A stretch of 64,000 nucleotides of DNA from Candidatus Latescibacterota bacterium. GTDB taxonomy: Bacteria; Latescibacterota; UBA2968; UBA8231. A program made the translations under genes and the position numbers. Below, in pieces: positions 48,470 through 57,794 of this stretch (the stretch's first letter is position 1; each line of letters starts with the position of its first letter). The notes below the pieces were generated by a model, which did no database searches, was not told the DNA's origin, and worked only from the letters and a program-made list of their open reading frames with translations. The DNA is taken from NCBI GenBank assembly GCA_965215195.1, contig CBDCDC010000001.1, positions 704,001-768,000 on the forward strand. Direction: 5' to 3'.

Positions 48470-49802
48470 CAAAGTCCCCTCTCAGAATGCGCTCGGATAC
48501 GGGGAGCGCCGCCTGTTGCTCCGAGAGCGCCTGATCGATATCACTGCGCCGTCCCAATGGTCCCCAAGTAGAAAACGGCTCAATTCGCGTCTTGCGGTTG
48601 ATCCGGTTCGTCACAAATAGGGAGCTGTCCGCGAGCAGATCGGGCAGGATCGGCGAGTGCGTGGTGACGATGTACTGCGTCTGTCGCAAGGTCTCCTGCG
48701 TTTTCAGCAATTCTGCGATCAACTGGATGCGGCGCGGGTGAACGCCGTTCTCTGGTTCCTCGAACCCGACCAGTGCCGGCGCGTCGTCAACGCCGGTCAA
48801 AGCCAGAAGCCCGAGCATCCGCAGCGTACCTTCGGACAGCACGCGGGCCGGTATCGCAACACCGCCTTCCTTGAGGCGCAGTTCGACCTCGCCGAGATCG
48901 CTCACCTCCACCTCAATGCCGTCAATGTTCGGCATCAGCGCATGTAACGCCTTTTCGACCCCCCTGAACTGCTTGGCATCGGTTGCCTTCATGGTGTTGA
49001 GGAAGGCGGCGAGTTCTTCGCCCATCAAGCCAATATGACGCACTTCCTTTACTGGATTGGCGGCGCGCATGCGTTCGCGCGGCTCAAAATAAAAGAACAG
49101 CCAGCTTTCCAATTCGCGCCGCGCCGCCGCCAAGTGGGGATAGTGCGGCGGATAATGCGGCATGGAGAGGATGCTATGATCGAGATAACGGTCGTAATAG
49201 GTGGGGTGCGCTTGTCCTTCGTGCCGCAGGTGGATTCTTTCGTCTTGCCGTTCGAGAAAGGGCTTGCGTCTACCCGTAGGCTCGCCCTTGCTGTTCAGGG
49301 CGGCTAGGTATTCGTCCGCCACGCGCAGGAGACCCGATCTGGGTAGCATCTCCACCTCGATGCGGTAGCGCAAGTCGCGTTCGCGGACGCGGGCGGGGAG
49401 TTTGCTTCTCTCTTTAGACTCGACCTCGCCGCTCGGACGACGCATTTCTAGGATCTGGCGATTGACGGTCTCGACGACTGCGTCCGACAAGTTCAGGTCG
49501 GCTTCAATCGAAAACGACAGCCGCTCCTGTTCGAGCAGCCCCTTGATGCCTTTTTGCCCGATGGTAAAGGACTCGAGCGGCTTGCCGCGATAGGGTGGAT
49601 CAAAAGCCTCTTTGAGCGTCCGGCTCGTCCCCAGCTTCGACAGCAATTGCAGGGCGTCGAGCAAATTGCTCTTACCAGCGGCATTTGGTCCGAACAGAAC
49701 CACGAGCTGGGACAGACGCACTTCGACATCTTCAAGAGACTTGTACCCTCGGATGTGTATGCGCTTCAGCATGTTGGCGTCTCCATTGCCGTTGCGTTCC
49801 AA
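48462..49802 (-). CDS. AAA_21 ABC-type ATPase
   Basis: GPNAAGKSN, SEGTLR, FEEPENGVHP, TTHSP. Confidence 0.88.
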   Translation of the reverse strand: MERNGNGDANMLKRIHIRGYKSLEDVEVRLSQLVVLFGPNAAGKSNLLDALQLLSKLGTSRTLKEAFDPPYRGKPLESFTIGQKGIKGLLEQERLSFSIEADLNLSDAVVETVNRQILEMRRPSGEVESKERSKLPARVRERDLRYRIEVEMLPRSGLLRVADEYLAALNSKGEPTGRRKPFLERQDERIHLRHEGQAHPTYYDRYLDHSILSMPHYPPHYPHLAAARRELESWLFFYFEPRERMRAANPVKEVRHIGLMGEELAAFLNTMKATDAKQFRGVEKALHALMPNIDGIEVEVSDLGEVELRLKEGGVAIPARVLSEGTLRMLGLLALTGVDDAPALVGFEEPENGVHPRRIQLIAELLKTQETLRQTQYIVTTHSPILPDLLADSSLFVTNRINRKTRIEPFSTWGPLGRRSDIDQALSEQQAALPVSERILRGDFDA

Positions 49803-49959
49803 TCAACTACTCTCAGCCCACATCGACGTCGCTGTCCTGCCGGACATTGACGCGGTTTCGCTACGATCCATGTGGGGGTTCTTTAGCTTGTCGCTTTTGT
49901 CGATCGCATTGCGAATAGCTTTGATGGCATATATCGGGGTGCCATTAGGTACCGCGCAG

Positions 49960-50187
49960 TTATTTGGTCCTCCGGGTACCCGCCGAGACCTCTGAGTGGC
50001 TTCTGGATACGTCCGCTGGAGCGCCTTGTTCAGCGGACCCTCTCAGAGCACGTAGATCCACAACGCGCTGACCTACCGGCCGCTTTCTGGTTTTGAGATG
50101 GGCAACAAGGGCCTCGATATCATACCCGTGTTCCTGCGCGATGCTGGCTTTGATCCGCCAAAGCTCCTTGATGATTTCGTCAGCCAT
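49960..50187 (-). CDS. small protein, probable antitoxin of the PIN toxin
   Basis: MADEIIKELWRIK...HGYDIEAL; overlaps the PIN gene stop. Confidence 0.65.
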   Translation of the reverse strand: MADEIIKELWRIKASIAQEHGYDIEALVAHLKTRKRPVGQRVVDLRALRGSAEQGAPADVSRSHSEVSAGTRRTK

Positions 50188-50674
50188 CTTCAAATACTCC
50201 CATAAGTTCTTGAGGGGTGCAGATTTCCGGACTGGTATATCCGTGTATGGTACAAACGCTTCGCACGATGGGTTTGGTTTCGGCATTATCAAGATGCCGA
50301 CAGTTCCAAGTCAGGAGATAGTCGACGCCATGTACGGCGGATACGGCAATATGAAGGGCATCATCCAAGGCCTTGGTCGGAAGAGCTCTCTCTTGGATAA
50401 GGGCTTTGGACAACTCGACCATGGCCTCTGTGATGGGCAATACGGGAATCACGGATAATGCCTCAAGGCGTCGCGCCGCCGCCTCGGGGGTGCCCTTTCC
50501 AGCTTCTTCAATCGCAACATCGGAGGTATAGAGGTCGAATCGCTTTCTCTGTGTTTCCCACCAGTCAACGGTGCTCTTTTGCCAGGCAGCCGCCAGCAGA
50601 TCGCTCGTAGGTCGAGCCGTTAGATATGACACGATCGAGGTCTCTACGTAAACTGTTTTCTTATCTATCGCCAT
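50180..50674 (-). CDS. PIN-domain (VapC-type) toxin
   Basis: VYVETSIVSYL, DALHIA, LLTWNCRHL. Confidence 0.88.
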   Translation of the reverse strand: MAIDKKTVYVETSIVSYLTARPTSDLLAAAWQKSTVDWWETQRKRFDLYTSDVAIEEAGKGTPEAAARRLEALSVIPVLPITEAMVELSKALIQERALPTKALDDALHIAVSAVHGVDYLLTWNCRHLDNAETKPIVRSVCTIHGYTSPEICTPQELMGVFEDG

Positions 50675-50710
50675 TAGTTTTCCTTAGCCCTGCGATGCAC
50701 AAGTTCATAC

Positions 50711-51010
50711 TCAGGTCGCGCATATAGAAGTTAAGCTCGGCGATGACTTTGCCGTGGCCGCCGACTGCGACGCTAGCGGTATTGCATTTCTCGGCGATCC
50801 GCTGTACCAGCGCACCGATGATTTGCTGATGCGCGTAGTCCTCGACGAAGAGCGCAATCTCACGCATCAAAGTCCCCTCTCAGAATGCGCTCGGATACGG
50901 GGAGCACCGCCTGTTGCTCCGAGAGCGCCTGATCGACGTCGCTGTCCTGCCGGACATTGACGCGGTTTCGCTACGATCCATGTGGGGGTTCTTTAGCTTG
51001 TCGCTTTTGT
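50711..51010 (-). repeat. collapsed duplicate of 48298-49900
   Basis: 50711-50936 resembles 48298-48538; 50932-51010 is identical to 49822-49900; joined at ATCGA. Confidence 0.88.
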
Positions 51011-51437
51011 TGCTTTGCTGTAACGCGGCTGTCGTACTCCCATGCTGCTCCTCCTTTCTCGATCTCGTCCCCAAGCTCTTGAGCCGCACGGCCGGCAGCT
51101 TCTTCAGTCGCTGGTTGAGCGGATCGACTTCTATACCGAGGGACTCCAGAGCCGTTACCCCGAGCAACGGCTCGGTGTCTGCTTCTCCGAAAAGAACCGT
51201 GCTTCCCACGATTTCTCCCATGAGTTCGATTCGTGCAATCGCAATGTCCATCTCGACTTCACTGCCATCGGCCAATAGGTACGTCCGCTGCGCTTCGGGT
51301 TTGAGGCCAATGGCCTCTAGGTGTTGTCGCGGGACCAAGCTGTCGGTCGCGCCTGTGTCAACTAGAAAAATCCCTTCCCAGCTTTTGTTTCGATCGGCCG
51401 GATTGCTGATGACTACGTTGGCGTTTACTGCACCCAT
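50880..51437 (-). CDS. clan AA aspartic protease (C-terminus reads through into duplicated DNA)
   Basis: FLVDTGAT, LADG, PLLGVTALE. Confidence 0.82.
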   Translation of the reverse strand: MGAVNANVVISNPADRNKSWEGIFLVDTGATDSLVPRQHLEAIGLKPEAQRTYLLADGSEVEMDIAIARIELMGEIVGSTVLFGEADTEPLLGVTALESLGIEVDPLNQRLKKLPAVRLKSLGTRSRKEEQHGSTTAALQQSNKSDKLKNPHMDRSETASMSGRTATSIRRSRSNRRCSPYPSAF

Positions 51438-51498
51438 TTTCCAAGACCTCCATCCCACAATTTCCCCCATGAGTTCGATTCGTGCAATCGCGTCTGCG

Positions 51499-52160
51499 TC
51501 ACTCGGCGGCCTCTATAACAGCCCTTGGGGAGATGGTGTAAGCGATGGACTCGCGGCTCCTGACGAGCAGCTTGGCAAACGGATCGCGCACCCGCACCAA
51601 ACGCGGATGAGGCGTGGCGCAGTTGAAGACGACGTAGAGCCAGTACCCGTCGCGGAGATTGCAAGCCTTGGCCCATTCATTATCACTCATTTCAATGCCC
51701 CCGGAACCGGCCCGTCCCTTGACTTCTATGGCGCGTCGTTCCGCTCCGGCGCGGCGGGCGAGCAGATCGAAGCCCGGCCAGTCGGTTAGCCCGGCGCGCC
51801 GCGCCAGTTCGGGCCGCGAGACATCCTGCACCTCAGCACCCAAGCGCTCCTCGTAAGCGATAGCGACCTTCACGGCGATGGCTTCGACCTCGGCATCGTA
51901 GCACTCGGCCTGCGCGGAATCCTCGGCCGGCACCACGAGGGCGTGAACGAGGAACTCAACCGCACCGGGCCGGATGAAGTTTGGTTCGGCTTGCAGTTCG
52001 GCGAGGCGCTGGTTGCGGGAAGCCGTCAAGCTCCGCTGCCGTTCCTTGACCTTGGAAAGTTCCCCTTGGGCATACAGATCACCAGCGCGAGCCATTGCGC
52101 TAAGGCGGGATCGGGCGGCGGCCAGTTCGGCGGCCTGAAAGTCGAAGCCGCGACAACGGA
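51499..52160 (-). pseudogene. C-terminal DUF3883 remnant of an SNF2 helicase
   Basis: VEAIAV..YE, GFDLL, IEVKGR, NEW, YWLYVV; helicase domains absent. Confidence 0.8.
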
Positions 52161-52197
52161 TGACATGCGCCTTGCTATCTCCGCCAATGCCGCCCCG

Positions 52198-53013
52198 CTA
52201 TTCCTTCACCGCACCAGCCGTCAGCCCCTGCGTGAAAAATCGCTGGGTGAAGAGGAAGAATAGCACCGTTGGCACCAAGGCGATGATCGAGGCCGCCGAG
52301 ATGTAGCGCCAGTTGACGCCAAAGACGCCTTGGAGGCTGGCTAACCCCAATTGCAGGGTGTACAGCTCGCGGCTTTTGAGCACCACCAGCGGCCACAGAA
52401 AATCGTTCCACTGGGCCACGAACGTGAACGCGGCCTGCGCGGCGAGGGCCGGTTTGACCAGAGGCATCATAATGCGCACATAGATGGTCCACGGGCCGCA
52501 GCCGTCAATGCGCGCGGCGTCTTCTAAGTCGGTGGGAATGGTGGTGAAGGCTTGGCGCAGGAGAAAGATGCCAAAGGCGTTGACGGCCACCGGCAGGATG
52601 ACGCCGGCGTACGAATCCACGAGGCCGAGCTTCAAGGTGACGATGAAGAGCGGGATTAAGAGGACTTGGAACGGCACCATGGTCGTGGCCAATATGCAGT
52701 AGAAGATGGCTTGGCGTCCGCGAAAGCGCATGCGGGCGAGGGCGTAGCCGGCCAGCGAGCAGCACGCCAAGTTGAGCAGGACGGTGGCGATGGCAATGTA
52801 GAAGGTATTGAAGAGGTAGCGCGCAAACGGGAGGATGTTCCAAGCCTTGGCAAAGTTGCTCCAGACGATGGGGTCGGGAATCCACTGCGGCGGGTGGGCG
52901 AACAGATCGGCCGACTCGGGTTTGAGCGCGGTGGATAGCAGCCAAGCGAAGGGGGCCAGCAAGGTCGCGCCGACCGTGCACAGGACCGCGTAGAGCAGAA
53001 TGCGCTGGACCAT
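52198..53013 (-). CDS. carbohydrate ABC transporter permease
   Basis: EDAARIDG, WNDFLWPL. Confidence 0.92.
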   Translation of the reverse strand: MVQRILLYAVLCTVGATLLAPFAWLLSTALKPESADLFAHPPQWIPDPIVWSNFAKAWNILPFARYLFNTFYIAIATVLLNLACCSLAGYALARMRFRGRQAIFYCILATTMVPFQVLLIPLFIVTLKLGLVDSYAGVILPVAVNAFGIFLLRQAFTTIPTDLEDAARIDGCGPWTIYVRIMMPLVKPALAAQAAFTFVAQWNDFLWPLVVLKSRELYTLQLGLASLQGVFGVNWRYISAASIIALVPTVLFFLFTQRFFTQGLTAGAVKE

Positions 53014-53014
53014 C

Positions 53015-53935
53015 TCAGTCTCCTCGGCCGGCGAGGCGGAAGTTGAGCAGGGCAAAGATCAATATGACGACCAGCAGGCAGAGCGAGACGGCCGCGGCGT
53101 ACCCTACTTCGAGGTACTTGAACCCGAGCGTGTAGATGTAATAGGCCAACAGGTTGGTGCGGTGGAAGGGGCCGCCGCCGGTCATCACGTACACTTCGCC
53201 GAAGGTGCGCAAGGCGGCAATGGTGGCGATGATGGAGACCACGAGCGTGTAGGGCTTGATCGTCGGGATGGTGACGTGGCGCACGACCTGCCACCAACCG
53301 GCTCCATCGACGCGAGCGGCTTCTTTGAGCTGGGCCGGGATGCCCTGCAAGCCGGCCAGATAGATAATCATGTAGTACGGCGCGGCCTTCCACACGGTGA
53401 CCATGGCCACTGCAAACAGGGCGATGGCCGGCTCGGTCAACCACGCGGATTGGGTCTCCACGCCCAACCAGCCCAAGAGGGCCGCGGGGACGCCGCGCAC
53501 ATCGGCCAGCCACGACGGGCCGCTGACGCCCAGCCCCTTGAGGAAGGCGTTGAGCAGGCCGTCGGTATTGTAGAGCCACTTCCAGACGATGCCGGCGACC
53601 ACGATGGAGGTGACGACCGGAATGTAGTACAGGGTGCGAAACACCTTGATCAGCCGCAGCGAGTTGTCGAGCAGGAGCGCCATGAAAAACGAGAGCACCA
53701 CGAGCGCGGGCACGACAAGGGTCGAGTAGAGCAAGGTATTGGCCAAGACCCGCCAAAACAGCTCGTCGCCCCAAGCGCGGCGAAAATTGTCGAGGCCGAC
53801 GAAGGTTGGCGGCGAGAAGATGTTGTAGCGGTGCAGGCTGAGATAGAGCGTGTCGAGCAAGGGATAGGCAAAGAACAGGGCTAGGAGCAACAGCCCGGGG
53901 GCGACAAAGCAATAAGGCGCGTAGCGTCCGTACAT
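53015..53935 (-). CDS. carbohydrate ABC transporter permease
   Basis: FVGLDNF, LAGLQGIP..LKEAARVDGA, MTGGGP. Confidence 0.92.
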   Translation of the reverse strand: MYGRYAPYCFVAPGLLLLALFFAYPLLDTLYLSLHRYNIFSPPTFVGLDNFRRAWGDELFWRVLANTLLYSTLVVPALVVLSFFMALLLDNSLRLIKVFRTLYYIPVVTSIVVAGIVWKWLYNTDGLLNAFLKGLGVSGPSWLADVRGVPAALLGWLGVETQSAWLTEPAIALFAVAMVTVWKAAPYYMIIYLAGLQGIPAQLKEAARVDGAGWWQVVRHVTIPTIKPYTLVVSIIATIAALRTFGEVYVMTGGGPFHRTNLLAYYIYTLGFKYLEVGYAAAVSLCLLVVILIFALLNFRLAGRGD

Positions 53936-53946
53936 AGCGGTTGGTC

Positions 53947-55200
53947 TCAATGGAAACGCGACAGGTGGTTCCACTTGGATTCGATGCGGCTCAGGGCCGC
54001 GTCTGCGCTCTGCTGGCCGGCCAATGCCTTGGCGAATTCCTCGTGGAGGATGTCCTCCATCCGGCTCCAGCCCTTGACGTCAGGCGGGGCCATGACAAAG
54101 GAGTGGGCAATGTCGGCCGCAGAAAGCTGGTTGGCCGCGTCGGCCAGCGTGGCGGGCGGGCGGCGGAAGTAGGGGTCGGCGGCCGCGTCCACGGTCGAGG
54201 GCAAAATTGCGACGCGGCGGCAGAATTCGAGTTGGTTGGCGTCGTTGGTGACAAACAGCCCAAAGTCAACGGCTTGCTCTACGTGGGGCGAGGCTTTGGG
54301 CACGACCAAGACTTGGCTGGTGGCCGGCACTTGCCCGAGGCGGCCGCGCGGCATGGGGGCTGGCACCGCCTTTTTGGCAAAGGAGTCGTCGAAGTAACGG
54401 GTGATCCAGCCGCCGGAAAAGGGCAGCATGGCTGCGCGGCCCTCGATGAACCAATTGACCTCGTCGCGGTGGGCGGCGGCGAGGGCTTCGGGGGGGAGGA
54501 CGCCTTGCTGATAGGCGTTGATCCACTTTTGCAAGATGGCCTGCGCTGCGGGGTGGTTGATGCGGGTGCGGCGGCCGTTGGGGGCGAAGAGCGGCCAGAA
54601 TCCGTCTAGGCGCAACAGGGCCCAAGGCGGGGCTATGAGCGAGGGATGCAGCCGCCAAGAGATCCCGTATTTGCCGGTGCGCTCGCGGATTTGGCGGCCC
54701 ATGGCGATCATCTCGTCGATGGTGGTCGGCGGGTGCTGCGGGTCGAGGCCGGCTTGGGCGAAGAGATCCTTGTTGTACCAGAGCATGGTGACGCCAACGT
54801 ACCAGGGGATGGCGTAGTTGCTGCCTTGGAAGTAGCCGACGCCGCGCCAGAAGTTGGCGAGCCGTTTGGCCTTTTCGGCGGGCGCGACCGCCTCGTCCAT
54901 GTTGACGAGGATGTCGTATTGCAGGAAGCGGGGCAGGTCGTAGATGTTGGCCAAGTCGGGGGGCGCGTCTCCGACTAAGGCGGCGAGGAACTTCTCGGCC
55001 ACTTCGCCGCCGCTGACATCGACCCACTTGACTTGTACGCCCGGATGCGCCTGCTCGTACTCGGCGATCATGCCCAAGATGTAGTCGGCAAACGCATCGC
55101 CGAGGGCAATGGTCCAAAACTCGAGGGTGACGGTGGCGTCTTGGCGCGGCTTGGGGCTACAGGAGGCAAGGGCGAGAAGGAGGGAAAGGGCTAAGGGCAT
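53947..55200 (-). CDS. sugar ABC transporter substrate-binding lipoprotein
   Basis: lipobox LASC; YAIPWY, YNKDLF..AGLDP. Confidence 0.9.
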   Translation of the reverse strand: MPLALSLLLALASCSPKPRQDATVTLEFWTIALGDAFADYILGMIAEYEQAHPGVQVKWVDVSGGEVAEKFLAALVGDAPPDLANIYDLPRFLQYDILVNMDEAVAPAEKAKRLANFWRGVGYFQGSNYAIPWYVGVTMLWYNKDLFAQAGLDPQHPPTTIDEMIAMGRQIRERTGKYGISWRLHPSLIAPPWALLRLDGFWPLFAPNGRRTRINHPAAQAILQKWINAYQQGVLPPEALAAAHRDEVNWFIEGRAAMLPFSGGWITRYFDDSFAKKAVPAPMPRGRLGQVPATSQVLVVPKASPHVEQAVDFGLFVTNDANQLEFCRRVAILPSTVDAAADPYFRRPPATLADAANQLSAADIAHSFVMAPPDVKGWSRMEDILHEEFAKALAGQQSADAALSRIESKWNHLSRFH

Positions 55201-55418
55201 TGGGAATTAGGAATGGTGGAGTGCATGGGGGTGAGTGACTTTGTCACAGGAATAGAATTGGGTTTCAGTAGGCGACTTGTTCTGTTGACCAAACTACGTT
55301 TAGGCGCATCTGCAAGCAATCGGCACCTAGACAGGTCTTGCCGAAATGAACATCGGCACTCGGTGAATGACGTTGCCGGCCTTGACAAAGTTTGTGGATT
55401 CCACACAGTGGACTATTC

Positions 55419-55565
55419 CTGAGAACGCCGCCGGGGAATAGGTTGGAAAAGCTCAAGGGAGAGTGGGAGGACTTTTACTCCATCAGGATCAACGATCAGT
55501 GGCGATTGGTTTTTCGCTGGAGCGACGGGCAGGCGTATGAAGTAAGGATTATTGACTATCACTGA
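55419..55565 (+). pseudogene. higB: HigB toxin, C-terminal half only
   Basis: PPGNRLEKLKG..FYSIRINDQWRLVFRW..IIDYH; in-frame stop at 55383 upstream. Confidence 0.85.
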
Positions 55566-55584
55566 CGGAGGTACGATAAAAACT

Positions 55585-55866
55585 ATGGAGCGACAACCTA
55601 AGAACCCCTTTCACCCAGGCGAGATGCTTCTTGAGGAGTTTCTCGAACCTATGGGTATGGACTTGACAGCATTTGCGGAGAAAATCGGCTGGTCCCAAGC
55701 TCGACTCAATGCGTTCATTCGAGGCGAGCGCGACGTAACGGCCGATGCAGCACTCGATCTTGCCGATTCCCTCGGAACATCGGCAAAGCTCTGGATGAAT
55801 ATGCAGTCAACGTACGATTTGGATAGAGCTGCCAAGGCACGGAGCTTGGTTGTTTCGAGTATTTAG
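55585..55866 (+). CDS. higA: HigA-family antitoxin
   Basis: FHPGEMLLEEFL, VTADAAL, WMNMQ; GGAGG RBS. Confidence 0.9.
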   Translation: MERQPKNPFHPGEMLLEEFLEPMGMDLTAFAEKIGWSQARLNAFIRGERDVTADAALDLADSLGTSAKLWMNMQSTYDLDRAAKARSLVVSSI

Positions 55867-55874
55867 CAAATTCC

Positions 55875-56011
55875 CTTACTACACGACACCAGCCTCTCAG
55901 CCTGCCAAGGCTCGAGGGCATCTGGCCCTCGTCGAGGGCGGGACGCCCTCGATCCCGGACCCATCGGTAACAGCAGAAAAGGCGTACTCAAAGTAAGTGT
56001 CGTGTACTAAG
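55875..56011. mobile_element. MITE, family A
   Basis: 15-bp IR CTTACTACACGACAC / GTGTCGTGTACTAAG (1 mismatch); perfect 9-bp TSD GCAAATTCC. Confidence 0.85.
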
Positions 56012-56096
56012 GCAAATTCCCAAGAACATGCACGACCCGTTCGGCTGTCGGGACCGAGAATTTTTGCGGCCCTGCTGGATGTGCTCGCCGCATGAG

Positions 56097-56133
56097 CCGC
56101 CCGACATGTCCACGAAATGGACATGTCGGGCGG
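56097..56133. other. 16-bp perfect inverted repeat
   Basis: CCGCCCGACATGTCCA-CGAAA-TGGACATGTCGGGCGG. Confidence 0.85.
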
Positions 56134-56207
56134 ATATGTCGAAAAAAGTCCAAAAAATCGACGCGTTTTTGGAATATGTCGAAGACGTGGACATATCGGA
56201 GCCTAGA

Positions 56208-57071
56208 TCAATCCGTCTGGATTTTGAACGACTGCACGGCGATATGCTCGTGATCCGATGTCCGCGCTTGCTTTATGGCGTGTTCGGTCAGGGGCAAATG
56301 GTAATGGGTCTCGGCGTTGGCTTTGATAAAGCCCTCGGCATAAGCGCACCCGGCGGCTGAGCCAAAGGCCCCGTCGCTGGTCTCGATCCGCTTGCGTGCA
56401 TAGGCTCCGCCGTAGCCTTGGCTTGCTAGGCAATCCAGCGCCGCCAGCTTCTTGGCGACCACGTCGGTAATGTCGATAAAGACATCGTTGTAGTAGCCGC
56501 CCTCTGAATCCCAGACACTGCGCGGAATGGCCGCCGCCCCGGTGCCAAAATAGAAAACTTGCGCGACCCGGTGCGGCGGGCGGCTGTCGCCGGGATCCAC
56601 TCCGTTGGCCAGCGCGAGCGCGTGAAGGACGATTTGACCGCAGACCGCATGGGCGTTGGTCAGCCCGTCGCCTTCCTTGGGAAAGTGAGTCAGCACCACA
56701 TCCGGCTGCAGTTGGCGCACCAGCCGGGCCAAGCGGCGCACGGCCTCCTCGGTAACTTGCAACACGGCGTCGTCGGCCGCGAAAAAGTGGATTTCCTCAA
56801 CCCCGAGCAGGGCACAAGCTCGCCGCACTTCGTCGGCCTTGACGTCGGCGCGCTCGGCCATCAGCGCCGTTAGTTGGTCGGCTTGCGGGACTTCGGCCCG
56901 GTGGAACATCTCGTCGCTGATCACCTTGTCGTGGACCCTCGCTCCATGCGTCAGCACCACGCAGCCGACCCAATCGCCGCGGGCGACGTGATGGGCCATA
57001 GTGCCGCCCGACTGGTCGAAGATGTCGGCTGGATGTGCACCGATGGACAACAAGCGCAGAGTATCGCTCAT
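56208..57071 (-). CDS. PIG-L/LmbE family deacetylase
   Basis: GAHPAD, PDVVLTH, SQ, YAEGF. Confidence 0.82.
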   Translation of the reverse strand: MSDTLRLLSIGAHPADIFDQSGGTMAHHVARGDWVGCVVLTHGARVHDKVISDEMFHRAEVPQADQLTALMAERADVKADEVRRACALLGVEEIHFFAADDAVLQVTEEAVRRLARLVRQLQPDVVLTHFPKEGDGLTNAHAVCGQIVLHALALANGVDPGDSRPPHRVAQVFYFGTGAAAIPRSVWDSEGGYYNDVFIDITDVVAKKLAALDCLASQGYGGAYARKRIETSDGAFGSAAGCAYAEGFIKANAETHYHLPLTEHAIKQARTSDHEHIAVQSFKIQTD

Positions 57072-57099
57072 GTTCGTTTCCTTTCGCGTTTTGTTGCAC

Positions 57100-57738
57100 T
57101 CATTTGAACAGGCTCTTGCGGCCTATCCTGCTGCACAAAGGGCACTCGGCCGGCTGGTGCCCGCGCGCCGGGCAATGCTCGCGGCCAAAGTAGATGATTT
57201 GCAGGTGCAGGTCGTTCCACCGCGCCTCCGGGAAGAGGCGCTTGCAGTCCCGCTCAGTCTGCTCAACGCTCTTGCCGCTGGACAGGCCCCAGCGGTAGAT
57301 CAGCCGCTGGATATGGGTATCCACGGGGAAGGTCGGCACACCGAAGTTCTGGGCCAGAACGACTTGCGCGGTCTTGTGCCCCACCCCGGGCAGGCGTTCG
57401 AGCGCGGCCAGATCGGGCGGGACTTGGCCGTTGTGTTCGGCGAGCAGGATCTGCGAGAGCGACCAGATGGCCTTGGACTTGCGCGGGGCTAGGCCGCAGG
57501 GGCGAATGATTTGCTCGATCTCTTCCGCGGCCAGCTCGACCATGCGCTCTGGCCGGTCGGCGCGGGCAAAGAGCGCGGGCGTCACTTGGTTGACCCGCAC
57601 ATCTGTACATTGCGCCGAAAGCAACACGGCAATGAGATGCGTGTAGGGATCCCGACGTTTGAGCGGGACCGAGGGATTGGGATAGAGCCGCTGGAGTACG
57701 TCGAGGACGATCTGAACTTTGGCCGTGGTTGTTAGCAA
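57100..57738 (-). CDS. nth: endonuclease III
   Basis: LLSAQCTD, LPGVGHKTA, PVDTHI, C-terminal Fe-S motif. Confidence 0.93.
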   Translation of the reverse strand: MLTTTAKVQIVLDVLQRLYPNPSVPLKRRDPYTHLIAVLLSAQCTDVRVNQVTPALFARADRPERMVELAAEEIEQIIRPCGLAPRKSKAIWSLSQILLAEHNGQVPPDLAALERLPGVGHKTAQVVLAQNFGVPTFPVDTHIQRLIYRWGLSSGKSVEQTERDCKRLFPEARWNDLHLQIIYFGREHCPARGHQPAECPLCSRIGRKSLFK

Positions 57739-57794
57739 TCTACCTCGTACATGGAGGAACTAGGGCAAGTCCGTAGGGGCGAAGTCTGCGTCTG

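Noticed and set aside
52656-53912. long alternative-frame and antisense ORFs (also 22387-23334, 23877-24851, 33314-34234, 57876-58952)
   Set aside because: Shadow ORFs of GC-rich genes; Arg/Pro/Ala-rich with no motifs
55382-55415. complete promoter for the higBA remnant
   Set aside because: TTGACA and a TGTGGATTCCACA dyad are present, but there is no correctly spaced -10
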